Below, in pieces: positions 34,290 to 49,073 of a stretch of DNA of 64,000 nt (within the stretch, counting starts at the first letter, position 1; every line of letters starts with the position of its first letter). Made by a program: the position numbers and the translations under genes. The notes below the pieces were generated by a model. That model saw only the letters and a program-made list of their open reading frames with translations, ran no database searches and was not told the origin of the DNA. Source of the stretch: Oopsacas minuta. Its lineage: Eukaryota; Animalia; Porifera. The DNA lies in contig JAKMXF010000307.1 in NCBI GenBank assembly GCA_024704765.1, positions 372,001-436,000 of the forward strand. The letters are read 5' to 3'.

Positions 34290-35342
34290 TAACTTTATTG
34301 TGGTTGTTCAGGCCCAAGTAGGTCTTAGTGCAAAGTCAAAATTCGAAATTTCAGCAAAAGTTGGGATATTTTTCTATAAACATATTTCCTACTTGGCGCA
34401 GCGCAGAGTAGGAATTTCTGCATTGTGAAATTTTGACGGGTATAATTCCCAACATAACTCAAAAAAGATTTTTATCGAATTACTCTTTAATGATATGTCG
34501 GATACTATTCCAAGGGAAATGTCATCACTAGAATCCAAATATTGAAATAAGTGTACAAATACAGCCGTAAGCGCATGTTAATCAACTAGTGGATAGGATT
34601 CCTTCTACTCATGCCAATATCGGTTCAAAACACCAACCAACAAGCAGCGAGAAGCCGAGCATCGAATGCCTAACGGCATCCCTGACTATAATTCAAGGGA
34701 AGACATATCTCTATAGAAAAGTATTCCAAAATGGTTGCGCCAAGTAGGAATCAAATTTGAATTAGAAATATAGTAGTAAATAATTGAAATTTTCAATTAA
34801 TCTAGGAGGTCTGTTCTCAATGACTATACATGGGTTGTAAAGTGCCAAGAAATGTCAAATTTCACTCATTTGTATATTTTGAAGTTAATTTCCTATATTT
34901 TTGATTTTGTTATACAATATTTTAATTCAAAGCAGTGTGAGCAAGTGAAGCATGGTTGTAATTATATAATAGGTTGAAAGACAAAATTTATATAATGGTT
35001 TTCACAAAACCTTTGAGGAAAACAAGGTCATAGAAGTAGTTTATTCGGCGATGTTCATGAGAGAAGTATCTGAATTGGTCAGGACCGCCAAAATTTGCTA
35101 TGAGGGCCGCACTTTGCCAACCCCTGGCGTATACAATATGTCTGCAAGATAATTTGGCTATAACAGTATATGTTGTTGATATATTGGTGAATATTGGCCA
35201 AAATGTGTCATCAATCGTAACTGGGATAACACTGGAACCTGCGAAATTAGTCATGGCAATTTTTTGATATTTTGTAAAGGGACATCTTTAGATCCCATTA
35301 TATTTTTTGTAACTGTAAATCAATTAAGTAGTCTATATAGAG

Positions 35343-36300
35343 CAGTGTTCCCCAAACTGGGGGTGGCTGAACAATTTCGAGGGGCACGTGGGATATTTCA
35401 TTAGCTCGAATTCATAAACATTTGAGAGATCTAATTTAGCAAGTTGTCAATCATCTTTGTTTCGTTTGTCCAGTCTGTTTATGGTTGCTTTAGTGTCTGA
35501 AAACATATAATATTATGGCGTTACTTCAAAATATTATTTTGAATGGTGCAAACTTACTTATGATGGAATCATAAAAACTATACTGAACAATATGCATAGT
35601 GTATACTCACTACAGTGTCATTAGTAGGTTAATGGTATTTAAGTACATTTACGCAATCATTATGTAATAGAAATTATCTAAAATCAAAATCAACTATCAT
35701 GGCAACGGCTCCAAAAAAGCGGAAGTACTCAAAAAAAATTATATTAACTATGGATTTACCTATATTCAAAATTCAGGAATTCAAAACCCCCAATGTGTCG
35801 AATGCAATGAGACTCTCTCAACCGAATCGATGAAACCGAGTAAATTAAAAAGACATCTCGAAACTCGTCATTCTGAACATTCATCCAAAGATCCTTCATT
35901 TTTCAAAAGGATAGATTTTGTGTTGAAGCGATCAAGAATTGAAACAACAGTCGTTCACCTGTATTGAAGCTTCATACCTTGTATCTTTAAGAATAGCAAG
36001 AAAGCACAAACCTCACACAATTGGGGAGGACACATACTCCCTTGTGCAACGGAAATAGTTGAACCTATTTTTCGAAATGAATTCGCCAAATGGTTATCAT
36101 TCTTCCCTCCTTCTAATAACACCGTCGAGCGAAGAATTTCTGATATGTCGGATAATATCCTGAAACAGATTGTGAAACAATTACTCGTTTCTCCTATTAA
36201 GTTGTTTTCACTGGAACTTGATGAGTCTACTGATGTTTCATCATGCTCACAATTAATGGTATGCTGCCGTTATGTTCACAATAATAAATTTAAGGAAGAG
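35343..36300 (+). mobile_element. hAT (Buster/ZBED5-like) 5' fragment
   Basis: CAGTGTTCCCCAAAC terminus after ATATAGAG. MATAPKKRKY...PQCVECNETLSTESMKPSKLKRHLETRH; KPHTIGE; FSLELDESTDVSSCSQLMV. Truncated near 36300. Confidence 0.82.
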
Positions 36301-36739
36301 TCATGTTATGAATAATATTAAAGGACTAGACAACTGTATTATGAAAATTGTTGATATTTTGTAAATGGGCTGTCGAAAGAGTTCTTTACCAAATTGATGT
36401 AGCAATTTGACAAGTGCAGTTATTTGGGCGTATCATAGTTCAATTCTAAGCCCATGCACTATTGCTTCTTTTACATACTCACAGATTTCATAAAGCAATT
36501 GATACTAACTTTTGTTCTATCTCTTGCTTATAGATTATTCCCATATACAGTGAATTATAGTACAGCATTAGAAAGTAAGTTTTCAAAAACGAATATAATC
36601 TGGGTTTACTATAAGAGGGTTAATCGCGGGGAGAGATCTTAGAAGAGATGCATGTTGTGTATGGGGATGAGTGCCATTCCCAACCAACCATTTATAAATG
36701 TATTGGGAGATTTGAAGATTGCTGGGTTACCACTGAAGA

Positions 36740-37075
36740 TGATTACCCGTGCCTACGGCCTTAAAACGTCAATAGCGCGGAATAACATTCGGTTAATAGA
36801 GATGATATCGGATGAAGATAGACGTGCTACAGTCATGGAGCTAGAAGAGAGGACTGGGTTCCCAATATTAAACATTCAGAAGATTATGAAAGATGAGCTA
36901 GAAATGTCATGGATTGCGACGAGATGGGTCACAAAACTTGTATTAGACGACAAAAAGCTGTAAAGGTTCAGATCTAGCAGTGATTTACCCTAATCGGGAG
37001 TAGCAAAGACATTTAGGATCGAATAGTGACAGGAGATGAAACACGTTTCCATAATTACGAACAAGAGAGTAATCT
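36740..37075 (+). pseudogene. mariner transposase N-terminal fragment
   Basis: NIRLIEMISDEDRRATVMEL...IMKDELEMSWIATRWV...RIVTGDET. Confidence 0.7.
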
Positions 37076-38127
37076 CAAACTAGGCGCTTTTAGTAACTTT
37101 CATATGGGGATGAGTTGTATCGGTCGGTAAAATGTGATACTAGTACAGGCCACTTGTAATACAAATTTAATGTGAGTTATCAGTATACAAAAGGTATCCC
37201 AAAGCCACTGGCGTACCTACCTACTGTCCAAGGATCTTGCCATTTGTCGAGATGTCCAGGGATATAATTTTAAACCATAAGCACACAATATAAATTATAA
37301 CAATGTTTGGTGATACACATAAATCCTTTTTGTGGATGACATTACATCAAAATTGTTAGAATTCATATACAAATATGTGTCAGGGAGATGGTAAGTTTAT
37401 TTTGCTAGGAATTGAATTCCTGAACCGGAATAGGGTTAAGGTGTAGGGGGCTTAGGTCGCCAAATTTGTGGAAATTAGCTCCCACTAAATTGATGAAAAC
37501 AAGTCCCTCAGAATTATAGATGAGTTACGACGATACTTTTCCTGAGATAGAAGAATTTCTATTCTCCTACCCGTCTGATATACCTTCAAAACGGTTTAAT
37601 TCTACAAGATACTGTTCATATCCGTCTATTTTTATTATTCAGTATCAAATATGTGAAAATTGCGATTTAAAACTATACACTGTGCCCATAATAGTATAGT
37701 AGAGTGGCCCGTATTATTTCAAACTCTAACGCCAATCATCACATAAACCCATTCTCACCACGAATATCTGATACTGAAATGTAAATTTATGCACCATTAT
37801 ATCAGTACAAATCACTTGTTCAATGTGTTAGACAATAATCATTTGGACATGTTGGTTGACATTTTTTCCAACACCCCAAATTAAGTCGATCTACAAATTC
37901 AGTTATACTAATCTCTCTCTATTTTCTACTACAATCAGGGTCACATATTCTGAACAACAAAAAGACCGAAAATCTTGTGAATAATGTAGAGATTTTATAT
38001 TTAAACAAGTGTATAATACAAATCCTATGGGAATAAAATATACGGACAGTCGATGGATTCATAATAGGAGATAGAATATAATAAACAGGTGTAAATTATT
38101 GTCAATCACCGTATTGTAGTTGATATA

Positions 38128-39446
38128 CTAGGGCATTCAATAAGTCTTGTGGGTGATATCATAAAATGTGATACAAACACTATACACATTAATTCACTAT
38201 ATTAATTATTCAAAGTAATCCCCTCCTGCAGATACACCAAGTTTTAACCATTTCACCCATTTGTAAACACATTTCTGTACTCTTCTTTGGGGATGGATTT
38301 GAAGTACCTTGTACCGAGAGCTTGTAAAGTATTAAAATATTTGCCTTGAAGATAGATTTTAAGCCTGGGGAATAGCCAAAAATCACACAGGGCTAGGTCT
38401 GGTGAGTATGGTAGATGGGGAAGTAATTCCAACCCTTCTACATCTAAGAAATCTTTGGTAAGCTTAGCTGTATGGGAACTGGCGTTATCAATTAAAATCT
38501 TCATCCCTCGAGTCCGGTTTTCGAGCGGTACTTTGTTATATTTTTTATCAAAATTGGAAGCACTTCCTCTCGAAAGAAAGTAGCAGTAACAGCCTTGCCA
38601 CTCTCACAAGGTAATTGCAGGACAATTCCATGACTACTGAAGAAGATGGTACACATATTAGGTTTTCTGAAGTCGCGCTAGGAATTTTCGCCGGTTGTTC
38701 GTCGCCCCTCATCCATGAGCGCTCCTTATACTTGCTATATGGTATTGAATAGTACACCCACGTCTCGTCACCAGTAATAATCTCTGTTAGGCGTCTAGAA
38801 TCACAGTTCTCATAAATTTCCAAGAGCTTCTTGGTAATATTCAGTCGTGCCAACTTTTGATTGTCACTGAGCTTATTCGGGACCCATTTCCCACAAATCG
38901 ATCGGTAGCCAAACTCAGTAGTCAGAATTGTATGAATTGCTCCCGTTGAAATCTCTAAACTTGTTCTAACTGATTGACAGTAATGCACTTGTCTTCCATG
39001 ACCATACTTTCAATGAGTACGATATTCTCTGAAGTGGTGGCGGGTGCCAGTCTTCCAGATCGAGGCAAATCTGTGACATCAGCATCACCAGATCTGAAAC
39101 GGGCAGCCCATCGCTCTAGAATAGATCTGGAAGGGCAATCCACGCACAATATCTCCTGTAACTCACTGAAGATCTGTACAGGCTGGATCTTGAGTATTGT
39201 GCGAAACTCTATGTAAGTTCACCATTTGAGGTTGAAATTATCATCCTTTGAAGCCATAAATTCAACAGTGGGTATTAATTGACTACACGTAACTATCTCA
39301 AAAATTCATAATTTGTATTGAATAAGCTTGATACTTTCAGTAGATGGAGTTTAACTATATGGGCTTATAATATATGAAAGTTAGATATGTTACTTGACTA
39401 ATTCCTAAGATACATCATGACCCGCAAGACTTCCTGACCGCCCTAA
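38128..39446 (-). mobile_element. mariner (DD34D) element, disrupted
   Basis: Imperfect TIRs (20/26) with TA flanks. Transposase 39257-38206: DLPRSGR, WVPNKL, IITGDETW, DNASSH, YSPDLALCDFWLFP; frameshifts. Confidence 0.85.
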
Positions 39447-42400
39447 TATACGTGATAATTATTACTGGATATGATATGTCCACTTCTGTACCGCTCCTAA
39501 GTACTCAGTAGCTCAGTAGATTATGAGTCTGTTTTTATTATCCCTACTAAACATTTGCAATGGCTTAGTATTGTTCTTAGTGCTTTTTGGCTGTTTTTGG
39601 TATCGCCTCTACAGTCACACCGATCAAGATTTAGATAGCTGAAAATTTGTTAACAGGACTATTGGAATCTCTAGATTCGTAGATCAATTACGAATTTGCT
39701 CTCTTAGAAATCCTATTGAAATGATATTGAGTACAGTAAAATGAATATCAAATCCATAACTTCTAGAAAATTCCACATCGAGTTCCTATCTGCAATTTTG
39801 TCTGACTAAATGCTGGAAACAATGGATAAACAGTGGAAAATGGTAAATAATGTTTTCCAAATATTCATATCTGGCAAGGTCCCCTATATCGATATGATAT
39901 AGCTCGAAATTATACAAAATCGATAAATATTCTGAATCTTTGAAAATATCGAAATATCCGAAAAAATTCCGATTTCAACAAGAATATATCTCCGTAGTTT
40001 TTTGAGAATTGTCAGATATTAGATCTTGGTTATATTCTTATATCCTATTTCATATGAGTTTTCGATTTGCCAATAATTGTAGTGAAAATGCTGAAAGACT
40101 TGAATCTCAGAAAATTGCCTAAAAGTGGATATCGGCGGTGTATAAGGGCAGCAAAACAAGCACAAATAATAGCATCAACTGTATATTTAATTATAGATTT
40201 CTGATAAGGATTAGTTTGTCAGAATATATTTACAGATTCTCCAAAATGAAAACTCAGACAAGCAAACAATCCTTCTCTATGAGACAAACCTCCTGGAACG
40301 GAATAAATTTGGCATCAACATGTAATACGGTCTTCGACAAGCCGGCAACTCTCTAAAACAGAGGGAAGCCATTTTCCAAATGTATCAGTTATTTGGAAAC
40401 TCCATTGTGATCATTCCCCCCACCTAACAATGAAAATGGGTAATCTTCCTAATGTCTTGAATTCGATTGTATTCATTTTTGCTTTCTAGTAGCAAAGATA
40501 TATCACTAGCACTTTCCACCATTCATTCGTTCTCAACTATATCACAACATTCATACATTTACTATTCTCCACCCCATTCTACTATTTTCTACCATCCACT
40601 CATCTTTAAGAAATTCCACTATTCTGTCACATCCACGAAAATCCAGAATTTTCACTATTTTCACCTTTTCTACCACTCAGTGAGACCGAAATATATTTTC
40701 TGTCGTCATACTATAAACGTATCTCTGTATTGAGTTCCGTATGTTTTTAAATTCCAAATTTTAGAAATTTAGAAAGTGCAAAATTCCAAAATTTGTAATG
40801 ATGACACTATCTAAGAGACTATGTTGGTTGAAAAATGTAAGATCATGATCCCCATAATTTTGAGGTGCAATAATGACATAAGTTTCAACCTTCTAACACG
40901 CATAATGGCTGACCTGTGTGAACTATAGTAATTTAAACCGAAAATGGTGATGGTTGGATATTATTTTGGAAAATTAGTAAATCCTGCTCCAAGACTATAA
41001 CATACACGAGACAAGACAAAAATATACTTAATTTGCAAGAAATAAACAGTGGAGGAATTACAGGTTATATCAATTATGGGGTGGACTTACGAAAATGTGT
41101 ATGTATCTTGCTTAAATTGGCACAAATAGTAGACGTTTCCTATAATTCCTGTTTTAGGATATACCAGCGCGTTTCAGATTCTAGGTGGCTAGGTGACGGC
41201 ATATTTATTGTTTACGATGTTCTTCGGGGCTGCTCAAAAAGAATCACTATACACTTCGTGCCTCTAATAAATAAAAATAAACCAAAATTAATTGAATTTT
41301 ACAGGTCAACAAATTTCTGAAAATATTAGTTGCCCGAACAAATTATATCCCTCCAGGGGATTTCGAACTGATTCCGAATATATGTGTTTAGTTTCTATCA
41401 GTTCGTGCATTTCGGAGATTCAGATTTCATATTTTAGATATCTTGACAAGTTTTATAAGAAATATATGTCATGCCTCCAGGAAATATATGTATACATATT
41501 GTGCGAGATGTTGTCAATTGGGAGGTGTAGTCGAATCACCAACCTCACCCATGAGAGATGTTGGGGATTAACAATATATGACTTGAGTTGTTTATTATTG
41601 CGGTTTAGCGTTAACTACCACATGTCTTCTTACCCATAATAATGACTTATCACTCTCAAGATATACTATATCTTCCACTTGGATACAAGCGCTACTAGGT
41701 GTAGTTATCATTTTGATTGGCACTCTTCTTTGAATCTGATTCGAGAGGTCAAACTGTTCATAATTAGTCTTCCCCTTACTTCGCCTATATATGTAGATTA
41801 CATCTAACTTTGCAAATGCAAATGCAAAGGGTTTCCTATATTTTGTTTCCTAATTCTGAAGCACAAAGCACTAAAACGGCTACAATGCCTAAGCTAAAAG
41901 TTAACTACCATGAAATAAGCATGTAAACTGCAAAGTTGACTTTACTATTCTGTGGCTGGCTAGAACTTTCTTTAAATTTATCTTTTTCTCCCTCATTCAA
42001 TCGCAATGGTACAATTTGTGCCAATGAAGGTCTTTATGGTGAAATGATTCCCAAATAGAAGTGTATATTCAATGAGTTGAAACGTTGGTGTTTGTTCTGA
42101 TGAAAGAGGTGAATTTTATTCTTAGTATTCTTTTCAAGCACCTTAAGATTAACCAGGATTAATCAAATTCCGCTAGTTTCCTTACAATAGTTATCTTCAG
42201 TTCTACTTCATGGATAACACGCATATATGCCAACCTAGTGACTCACAAGGCATGGGATTTCGATTTAGGCCCCGAAGAACCGAGACTCACAGCTTAGCGG
42301 CGACAGATGACATCTCTGTTCACGATTTTGTGGGAGAGACTGCTTAGCAATATATATTCAAAAGTATCTAGAAATATATAGTAAATAAATACCAAGTTAT

Positions 42401-45400
42401 TGTTCCTGTTATTCCATAGATGGTTCCCTCCGTGCAAGGCAGAACGAATCTGAGGTTTATGCAATATATCTTGATGTAATATGCCAAAGCTACAGGTTCA
42501 GCAAACCTCCATTGATTCAAAAACTCAAATGAATATAACATTCAATAGAATTAGTGAAACTCAAAATTGCAACACTTTGCATTAATGTCTGTTGATTGAA
42601 GGTATCGGTTGAAAATTTCGTTCAAATAATACCTGATATTTCGAGTGAAAAATTTTCCAGATGAATACCAACAAGCTATGTTGCAGACACTGAAATCGAT
42701 TTATCATAAAGGTATACCGATAAATCGAATTCTAACATTTAAGAATAAACAAACGTTAGAAAATGCAGGTCCATACGTATTAATGAGATCCAGGAATAAG
42801 TGCTGATGGGGGATAATCATTCTTGGGGGAGATACCAGTCCCCGACAGAGGACCAGGGATGAAATCCTGGACAACAAGCCTTATTTACGACAACATTAAC
42901 TTTTCAGCAATCTTCGAATTTCTAAATAGTTTCTCTCAAAAGCGTAACACTAATATGGCACTAAAGGTTTTTTATTTTCTATGTAGTACAATTAGGGTCG
43001 CCAGAAGCCCGAGTTTGGAAATATTTGCCCGGAGTCTGGAGTACAGATCAAAATGTCCGGGTTTGAAGTATATTTAATCTTATGAAGTGCATTCTTGGCA
43101 ATCTTCGTACGTACAACAATAGACAGCACAATTTCTCTAGTATACCAGAGACTTTTCGCTTGTCAACTCCTAAGGTGAAAAGCTTGCTATGCCTCTGCAA
43201 CGAACGCTAATGTTGCCAAAAGAATAATATTTTGATTTCCATTCACACCACATTCCACAGGATTCCATTTGAGGAATATCATATTGGATTCATTGAATTC
43301 CTATTTTCTCATAGCACATAGGATTCTCATAGGATGCTCATAGGATTCACTTAGAATTTCTTCTTGAGAAAACTCATATGGAAATCCGGTGGAATTGCAA
43401 GGTAGAAAACCCATCGTAAAAAATCAGTTACCATTCCCACGGCAACCCTGGTGCTTGCTGAACCAAGAAGTACCAATTTCTATCATTCAGATTGTGATAT
43501 TCGAGAATAATGCACCGATACAATATAGAATACCTTGCTTTCTGCCCTGCATTATGACATGGCTAGTCTTCGAGAACAATAGAAATTAGATAATTTACGA
43601 ACTAGTAATATAACGAAGCAAGATTTACTAGGTGTAAAAACTATGTTAAATAATGGCGCTAATAGTGTCTTATCCAAAATGGTGTGTCCCTTTTAATAAA
43701 GCTTTTCTTAGAAGACATTGGTGAAAACTTCCGCGAAAACAAATAGGTAATCGTTACCCCTCCCCATGTCCCCTCAAAAGAAACCAGAGACTTTCGGAAC
43801 GACTATTTGTCCGGGGTTTTTGGAAACCTGGGAACAGTACTTACAATGCGTCATTCACAATATTTTATGTTGTAATTGTATACATTTATGTGTGTAATAT
43901 TCTAATAAGTTTGTTACGAATAAGTGATGTTCAACTTGGACAAACGTATAATACAACAATTATGTGTTGATTTGTCGAAATACATGAATACAAAGTCTAA
44001 GATACATCCGTTGCCATTTTACTTAAAAACAGGCATCAGTTACTACCTTTATGTCCCTTATACGGTATGGGTTCAGCATTTAAATACAAAAATGTGTTTA
44101 GTTTAACTAAGTCAATAATATTCGTTTGTTGACTAATAGCCACGGTCTTACTTCAATTCTTGTACCTTGTGTCATCATCTCTATTCGAACGTATATTCAT
44201 GCCTTAACTCACAATCAATACGAAACCAATTAATTGTGAACATTATGAAAAACGGTTTAAAATAGTCACATAGATTTATATATATATGTGTCTTTTTATC
44301 GTAGCATATAGATTTAAAAGTTGAGAAACAAACTGTGTAATATTACAAAGTCGCATAATTATCGTGAAAGGGTTGAAAGAATAAACTAACATAGGCATCT
44401 TACCAAAATATCGTAAAACGATACTGCTGTATCCAAGAATACTTCGATATCCCATTTAGATAGCCGGTTGACTCTTGATAGAACAAATGGAAATCTAGGT
44501 ATGAATTGGAAAACACACTGATGATCAATTACATATAAATGTCTGTACCTATGCATGCATACATTCCAAATAGCATGATCCAAAATGAAAATAATAGTAA
44601 AATAAAGCATAGCATTCAATACACAAAAATATATATATGTAGCTTATAGGGTAAACTAGCAATTGCAGGGGCTAAAATATTGTAGTAGAGTTTGTTGAAT
44701 ACCCCAACGAAAAAATTCAAATCTTATATTCTGACCCGAATGCAAGTATTATTGATATTTGACTAGACACACAGTATATACGTACAAAGTACTTGCAAGA
44801 CAGATTGACTTCTTCTACTTTTACCCAGCAATTATATAAACAAATGCTTCAAGATTTGAAACTGTAATCAGTTAATTAATTCACTTTTCGTTTCGAAGTT
44901 TATAGCATAGGATCTTAGGCTGTTGCCCCACAAATATCAAAAATAGTCGTGATACAGTTCCGGGTTTCAGAGTTATGTTGGTTACTATGATGTCATTTTT
45001 TGACAAATCCAGCAATAACTTGATAAAATTGAAAGTCATGGCCAATTAATCCTACAAACATACACCATCAACACTTTCTTATTCGGAACACAGAGATATG
45101 GGCATCATTTTTCCGAAAGGATTGGAATTAATTTGACGAAAAATATTTAGTTCTTCATAAATCATACGTTTTTTGTAATTAGCATTGGTACAACATAGAG
45201 ATTCCTTGGGCGAAAATATATTTCCGCCGATAATTATTCTCAAGGCAATAAGTGCCGAGTATATATCCGGTTGCGTAGCGACCCAAACCATAAATAAATT
45301 TAGCAATTTAATACAAGCAAACGAATTGTGCTAGCATAATGTTAAAATTTTAATACACGTATTCGGGCCAATATGTATCTTATTATTATATTCCGGCAAG

Positions 45401-45484
45401 TAGAATTCCTATATGTAAATATTGAGGTATTCAATCAACCCTTGCTCTTAACTTTTAATTGAACACTATTTCCTTGATTTATGG

Positions 45485-47400
45485 CAGTGGGGTACTCCAG
45501 GCACCCCGAAATATTTCTGATTGGCTATCACATTAATAGAATTATTTTGTATAATTTATTACCATCTTTAGACACTAATATGACAAATGGCAGGGTGTGG
45601 TACTATTCATTGTAGGAAAATTTTTCTATAATATGATTATTGATTTTGCTATTTTCTTTGGATTTTGGAGTGTAAAGGCTTTTTCTGGGTTTAAGAACCC
45701 AAATTATATTGCTTCAACTGTCACTGAAAATATGGAAGAAATACATGTTCTCTGTAGAAAATTTATTCTCGGGTGAGAAATTTAGGATAAGTTCATACTA
45801 GACCTTTGGAAAGAATCACTGAAGATCCAATATATCTGATTTTGAATTTGCAGAAGTAAAACTTCGGTCATAAACCCATTATTCCCCATATCCCGCTCAA
45901 AACATTGTTACAAAATTCAAATGATGGGACACATCGTAAACAAATCTAAATTTGGTAACTGCAATTGTTTGCAAGATTGAGTAGAAGTGCACTTGGAAAT
46001 TCTAACACCATTCAAGAGTAAAAGAAGTCGAAAGAAGTGCATACATCAATAATCCGATTTTCTTTCGATGCTGTTACTCCTCCTGCTACTTGATTATGTT
46101 CCTCTAAAGATCCAACGATTGGCTCAAGTGTTTCCAGAAACACCAATATTGCATCATGGCTTTCTACCTATAGCGAGAGTTTTCAATCGCTGGAGTCTCG
46201 ATTCGGAACCTAAGATTTGAATGGTCTGCTGACCAATTCTATCTTCGCCTAAAGTGTAACTAAGAAAAAGAGATTATGGAAGCAATACTAGAGAATTTAT
46301 TTCTAGCAGCAACAGTATTAGCATTTTAATTGACACATATATACCATGGGATGCACAATGATTATAGTGGGCGATTGGATGCTTTTCACATATGCATGCT
46401 TGAACTCCTATTAATTTCCAGACTTTGAACTAGCCCATCTAATTCGGATCCAATCATTCTTTTCAGATCAAGACCAGAATAAATCTTTTGCATTCTACTC
46501 CATTGAATAATTATTATATATGAACATTTCATTCTTATTATAACAACATTATACTAGAAAACCGTTGCCATAAACCTTCTTCAAGCTTCTTTAAGCTGAT
46601 TATTCGAACAATTGTTGGGACATTTTAAATTCCACATCCAAAGAGAAGAACATTCCAAGGACAACCATCAAGATTAGGAGGAAAATGATGAGAGATATTA
46701 TGATAGGGATTGTGAGATAGAAAGAAGAAATGCAGGAATTGTTTGACTTGAATTTTCTGCACTAATTATAGTAGGTCACATAGGCTAGCTTGCTTATATT
46801 CATCGCAAGGTTCAACAAATACTAACTGCGGCGAATGAATAGACCTCATGCTACTATGCAATTAGTCAAGATGTTCTTTTTTTGCTTCGTATTTCTCAAT
46901 CACAACGTGTGAATTATATGGAAATTGACGAGGTTGTCAATTTCCTGATAGTCAAATTAATATTTCTTCACAAAACAGCCTGCACATCTATGTTGAATCT
47001 TTAGAATAAACGTGTATGTGTTTGAGGTGACTAAATATATGGTATTATAGGTACGAAAACTGAATCAAGAATGGAATATTTTTGGGTCCGCCAGCAAATA
47101 ATGAGGAATAATTAATCATGAAACAACGAGAAGATATTCAAATGGCTCAAACAAAAGTCAATAGACAGCGTCCAAGGAAATTCAAGCAATCTGAGTTTCC
47201 ATTTCTTATGGAATATTCTCACCCTTGTTCATTTGGTAACATATTGGAAATCAATGCCAGCTAGGTGCCAGATGTGCATAGAGAGCAATGGATTGGCAAT
47301 TAAATATTATAACACAAAATTCTGTGCCTCGATGATATTGCAAATCTTACATTGGGCCCGAGATCAATGCTACATTGTAACTAAAGTCCTCTCCTACATC
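45485..47400 (-). pseudogene. Heavily decayed hAT (ZMYM1-like) transposase
   Basis: GVQACICEKHPIAHYNHCASH; HDAILVFLETLEPIVGSLEE; TLP near 45590; TIR-like cagtggggtac at 45485. Many stops. Confidence 0.55.
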
Positions 47401-47801
47401 TGGATTAACTGCTACCTCTAACTCTTATGGATTGATTTATGTTTTCTTTGAATATCGTTAAGATATTTAGCGTTTGTTGATCATATTCTGAATTATAACA
47501 AATGTTTACTACTGTTCAAATGAACTTCAATGGGTAAATTTATGAAACGAGACAAATGCCAGGAGAGTAAAAAAGATATATCCCAGAATACTATATTAAG
47601 CCCAGTAATGATGCATTAAAAGCAGGCAATGTGTGATTGAAATTTCACTTCGTTTGGATAATGCATCCCTGGTTCCAAACCATAATCAGTTGTAAGGCCT
47701 AATGGATAGTTGGGCATGGAAAATTACACACAACTTTTGAGACGGTTCGGATACAGTAGGAAATGAGAAGTGTCGATATGTTTCGTTAAATTACAGTCCT
47801 A

Positions 47802-49073
47802 CAGGGTTAGGCATAAGTTCTGCAACAAGTACAAACTAGTATATTTCTTATCTTACCATAATAGTAGTTGAAATTCGTAATGAATTAGTGAATATACATA
47901 CTAAGGATACGAAATTCATCTAGCTCTTCGAATGCATTGCCCTTGTGCGATACATAGGCTAAATCGCTTGTAGAAATTATCAACAGCAGCACGCAACACG
48001 TCCTCACTGATTCAATCCCACTCTCTTCTCAAGGAAGATTTCAGACTTTCGACATTCTTGTGAGGCTTTGCACACACCCTGGACTCTGAGATGGACCATA
48101 TGCAGATACCTATAGGGTTTAGATCTGGAGAAGAGGCCGGCCATTCTTCAGTTGATATAAATTCCGGAACATTGAGTTTCAACGACTTAGATGTCATTTT
48201 GGCTTTGTAGGGGAGAGCGGAATCTTGCTAGAACACCCAATGCGTGCTATTGAAGTGCTCACCAGCGCAAGGCTTCAATGCGTTATCTAAAATGTTTTCT
48301 ACATACACCTCTTTGTTAATTTACCCCTGTGTCAATGAGCGCCAGAGGTGATGGCTCCCCAAACAATGACCAATGCAGGTATCTGACTTCTTTTGATTGC
48401 GTGTATTGATGACGATAGAGACTTTTGATCTGGAGCAAGAATCCGATTGTTTTGGCGATTATATCCCATTTCTACGGCAAAATCTTCTCATCGGAGAAGA
48501 CAATACTCTGGTGCGTACCACTAGTAACATTTTTCTCAGAATCAGACATTTTTCATACCTATGTCTCTTATTGACATCAGAAATTAACTAGAGCTCTCGA
48601 AATTTGTAGCATTTTAAGCCTAAATCCTCTTTTACATCCTTCTAAACTTCTGGTTGAAATATTTAAGTCTTTTGCCATGCCTTGGATGCTTCTCACAGAA
48701 TTCTTCCTAACCGTCTCCCGGACGAACTTCCTAACAGCAGGAGTACGAACAGAACGACGTTTCCTTTTCTGAACCTGTCCTGGATACTAACAGTCTCTTT
48801 TTAACGTTTGATTGTACGGTGCTATCCATCTGTTCACAGACAGTATTTTTGATATTATGGAAGCTGATTTGCCTTCATTATGATACAAAATTATCAATGA
48901 CCTCTTTGCTTCTTTGCCCATAAATCAACAAAATTTCTAGTAGGACTCAATACTCTAAATAGTGTTTTAAAAAATATTGAAGATAATATATGATAAAGAA
49001 ATATTCACCTAAAACCATCCGCAGAACCTCTAGTTTAAATTTAATTTTGTTGCAGAACTTATGCCTAATCCTG
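47802..49073 (-). mobile_element. DD37D element, disrupted
   Basis: 25-bp TIRs cagg(g/a)ttaggcataagttctgcaac; TA TSDs. Transposase relic from ATG 48921 with EEWPASSPDLNP...IWSISE. Confidence 0.9.

Larger units (their letters stand above)
32679..35126. mobile_element. Non-autonomous Charlie-type hAT, interrupted by the intact DD37D element
   Basis: Right end gggccgcactttgccaacccctg; degenerate left end caatgttcggcaaac...gagggccgc. Flanks gtgtataa and gcgtatac (6/8 match, TA at positions 4-5). Confidence 0.45.

Noticed and set aside
41300-42300. Possible pogo DDE fragments (IFPGGMT) on the minus strand
   Set aside because: Too decayed; a single short motif with no supporting TIR.
42993-43830. 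Candidate small hAT/MITE (tagggtcgcc...ggcaaccctg or ggaaacctgg) with three 11-bp cataggattct repeats
   Set aside because: No matching TSD for either pairing, so boundaries are unsupported.
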